From the NCBI RefSeq assembly GCF_043950625.1, contig NZ_CP171007.1: a stretch of DNA of 32,000 nt; one strand, written 5' to 3'. A program made the position numbers and the translations under genes. Positions 29,811 to 32,000 of this stretch are shown piece after piece. Source of the DNA: Alkanindiges sp. WGS2144 (GTDB lineage: Bacteria > Pseudomonadota > Gammaproteobacteria > Pseudomonadales > Moraxellaceae). Within the stretch, counting starts at the first letter, position 1, and each line of letters opens with the position of its first letter. Under the pieces are notes generated by a model. That model searched no databases. It saw only the letters and a program-made list of their open reading frames with translations, and was not told where the DNA came from.

Positions 29811-32000
29811 TTTCTAAGCTGCCTACATGGCAGTGAACTTGATTCCCATAAACGCTCAAATGCACGTCTCTTTCTAAGCTGCCTACATGGCAGTGAACGT
29901 TACCTGATGGTTCTATTGATGGTTCATGGTTTTCTAAGCTGCCTACATGGCAGTGAACGGAAGCTATAATTTCAAGATTTTTTGCCTTAGTTTCTAAGCT
30001 GCCTACATGGCAGTGAACACGGTTTTATTATGCTGATGTTTGCAGTCTTTTTTCTAAGCTGCCTACATGGCAGTGAACAACCCGCCCTGCCATGGCGGGG
30101 CATCCTTTGATTTCTAAGCTGCCTACATGGCAGTGAACACGGAGGCAACCTTCAAGGAGTTGGTTGTCGAGTTTCTAAGCTGCCTACATGGCAGTGAACC
30201 ATTGCTTCATACTGATCCTTCCACACGCCATTTTCTAAGCTGCCTACATGGCAGTGAACTCCCAATCCAAACCTTTGAAGAAGGTGCGCAATTTCTAAGC
30301 TGCCTACATGGCAGTGAACTCCATAAAAATTCACAAGAATTTTCATTACATTTTCTAAGCTGCCTACATGGCAGTGAACATTTTAAAATTGGCTTCTGCC
30401 CTATTTTGTGCTTTCTAAGCTGCCTACATGGCAGTGAACGGATGGCAAATCTGAAACAAAGGGGGATTCTAATTTCTAAGCTGCCTACATGGCAGTGAAC
30501 AAGAGCCACTAACCAGCCCCCTAACTGGTATTTTTCTAAGCTGCCTACATGGCAGTGAACCGCCCTGCGTTGTTCTGATGTAGCCTTCAGCATTTCTAAG
30601 CTGCCTACATGGCAGTGAACGCAGCACAGCGATTGAGCAAGGTTTTGCTGATTTTCTAAGCTGCCTACATGGCAGTGAACAATTTAAACCCCGCGTCATG
30701 TCGGTAATGTCATTTCTAAGCTGCCTACATGGCAGTGAACTTCGCAAACAACATCAAAAACGAGATTTGTAGCTTTCTAAGCTGCCTACATGGCAGTGAA
30801 CATACGGTAGTAGCTTGCTTATTACCACCAGATTTTCTAAGCTGCCTACATGGCAGTGAACCAATCGTGACGGTACGAATGCGGTGCTTTAATTTTCTAA
30901 GCTGCCTACATGGCAGTGAACGTCCAGCCCTCTTTCCCGGTTACTCCTTTTTTTTTCTAAGCTGCCTACATGGCAGTGAACAGTGGAGCGGGGCTGCGGG
31001 GTCTATGTAATCATTTCTAAGCTGCCTACATGGCAGTGAACAGGGTTTTGAACTTGCCGCGCTGAATGGCTGGTTTCTAAGCTGCCTACATGGCAGTGAA
31101 CGGGTGGTCGCCTTTTAAGTGGTCACTTTCGTTTTTCTAAGCTGCCTACATGGCAGTGAACCTTGCTTGCAACAAGGCTTCTAGTTCTTCTTTTTTCTAA
31201 GCTGCCTACATGGCAGTGAACTGCTTGGCATTGATGATCTGGCCGATCTTCATTTTCTAAGCTGCCTACATGGCAGTGAACAAACTGAACCTTTCCTTCG
31301 TTGATAGCTTCAATTTCTAAGCTGCCTACATGGCAGTGAACGAACCTTTTACGGCATAAGCATTTGGCCCAGCTTTCTAAGCTGCCTACATGGCAGTGAA
31401 CTAGCAGGACGTATTGGGCGACCTGTAAATAAATTTCTAAGCTGCCTACATGGCAGTGAACTTGCTCAAATTCTGCAAAATCGTCAGGGTTCGTTTCTAA
31501 GCTGCCTACATGGCAGTGAACCACTGAAGGCATATTCGACACCATTGCCCTATTTTCTAAGCTGCCTACATGGCAGTGAACCACTGAAGGCATATTCGAC
31601 ACCATTGCCCTATTTTCTAAGCTGCCTACATGGCAGTGAACTGTCCAGCTGCTGGATAGTGATGGTTTCAAAATTTCTAAGCTGCCTACATGGCAGTGAA
31701 CCATTACCACCTGGTTTGCGCCCATAGGTACCTTTTCTAAGCTGCCTACATGGCAGTGAACTTCTTACGAACAAATCAGGGCATTGCTACAGCTTTCTAA
31801 GCTGCCTACATGGCAGTGAACATATTAGTATCAATATCAATTGCTCTTTGCGTTTTCTAAGCTGCCTACATGGCAGTGAACTGCGACCCAAGTATCAGCT
31901 TGATTATTATGATTTTCTAAGCTGCCTACATGGCAGTGAACTTGTTCTGACTGGCTCATCACACTTTCCTTCTTTTCTAAGCTGCCTACATGGCAGTGAA
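29811..32000 (-). CRISPR. Type I-F CRISPR array: 37 repeats and 36 spacers, continuing past the window end
   Basis: The 28-bp repeat is TTTCTAAGCTGCCTACATGGCAGTGAAC on the + strand. Its reverse complement, GTTCACTGCCATGTAGGCAGCTTAGAAA, is the canonical I-F repeat class (Cas6f hairpin CTGCC-ATGTA-GGCAG, 8-nt handle CTTAGAAA). Repeats start at 29811 with a 60-bp period. Thirty-three spacers are 32 bp and three are 33 bp (30139-30171, 30440-30472, 30741-30773). All repeats look identical by eye. The last repeat (31974-32000) is cut by the window edge. The strand call comes from repeat orientation, so the leader should lie beyond 32000. Confidence 0.97.
31494..31613 (-). repeat. Tandem duplication of one complete CRISPR repeat-spacer unit
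   Basis: Units 31494-31553 and 31554-31613 are identical over all 60 bp. The spacer CACTGAAGGCATATTCGACACCATTGCCCTAT occurs twice in a row. Confidence 0.95.

Noticed and set aside
30079-30110. Spacer 5 (AACCCGCCCTGCCATGGCGGGGCATCCTTTGA) contains a CCCGCC/GGCGGG hairpin whose loop CTGCCATG resembles the repeat core, which could suggest a repeat-derived pseudo-spacer
   Set aside because: The similarity to the repeat is only about 8 nt. The unit length and flanking repeats are normal, so it is most simply a spacer from a terminator-like protospacer.
30127-31727. Seven track ORFs inside the CRISPR array (for example 31123-31725, 200 aa with reiterated VHCHVGSLE; 30127-30498 with reiterated FLSCLHGSE)
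   Set aside because: Their periodic peptide motifs are just translations of the 28-bp repeat in different frames. They occur on both strands and overlap each other, so they are not genes.

Overview
About 29.8 kb of conserved chromosomal backbone, followed by a 2.2 kb type I-F CRISPR array that runs off the right edge. The host looks like an Acinetobacter-like (Moraxellaceae) gammaproteobacterium. That is an inference from remembered similarity of the GyrA N-terminus and EF-Ts; no database was searched. I support 28 protein genes. They are: rraA (partial), an NAD(P)-binding oxidoreductase, rpsT, rodA-mltB-rlpA, a DUF962 membrane protein, rpsB-tsf, map, an AlgW/DegS-like protease, ybgI, sodB, a patatin-like lipoprotein, greB, an MltF-like transglycosylase, serC, gyrA, etfBA, a PF10118-type metal hydrolase, a CAP/SCP lipoprotein, the lptM-lysA-dapF-xerC operon, an FAD-oxidoreductase/Rieske fusion and an MBL-fold hydrolase. 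Several rho-independent terminators are also visible. No tRNA, rRNA, transposase, integrase (other than xerC) or cas gene is present. The most unusual features are as follows. (1) The CRISPR array has 37 identical 28-bp repeats and starts on the base immediately after the stop codon of the convergent MBL-fold gene, with no cas gene on that side. A possible decayed repeat lies inside the MBL ORF. (2) One complete repeat-spacer unit is duplicated in tandem. (3) GyrA is 999 aa, with a roughly 90-aa helical insertion and a roughly 25-aa acidic insertion in the C-terminal domain. (4) The FAD/Rieske and MBL gene pair, of unknown role, sits between a conserved operon and the array. I do not see convincing evidence of a complete novel multi-gene system. 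The CRISPR-proximal end (27.2-32 kb) is the only region that looks accessory.
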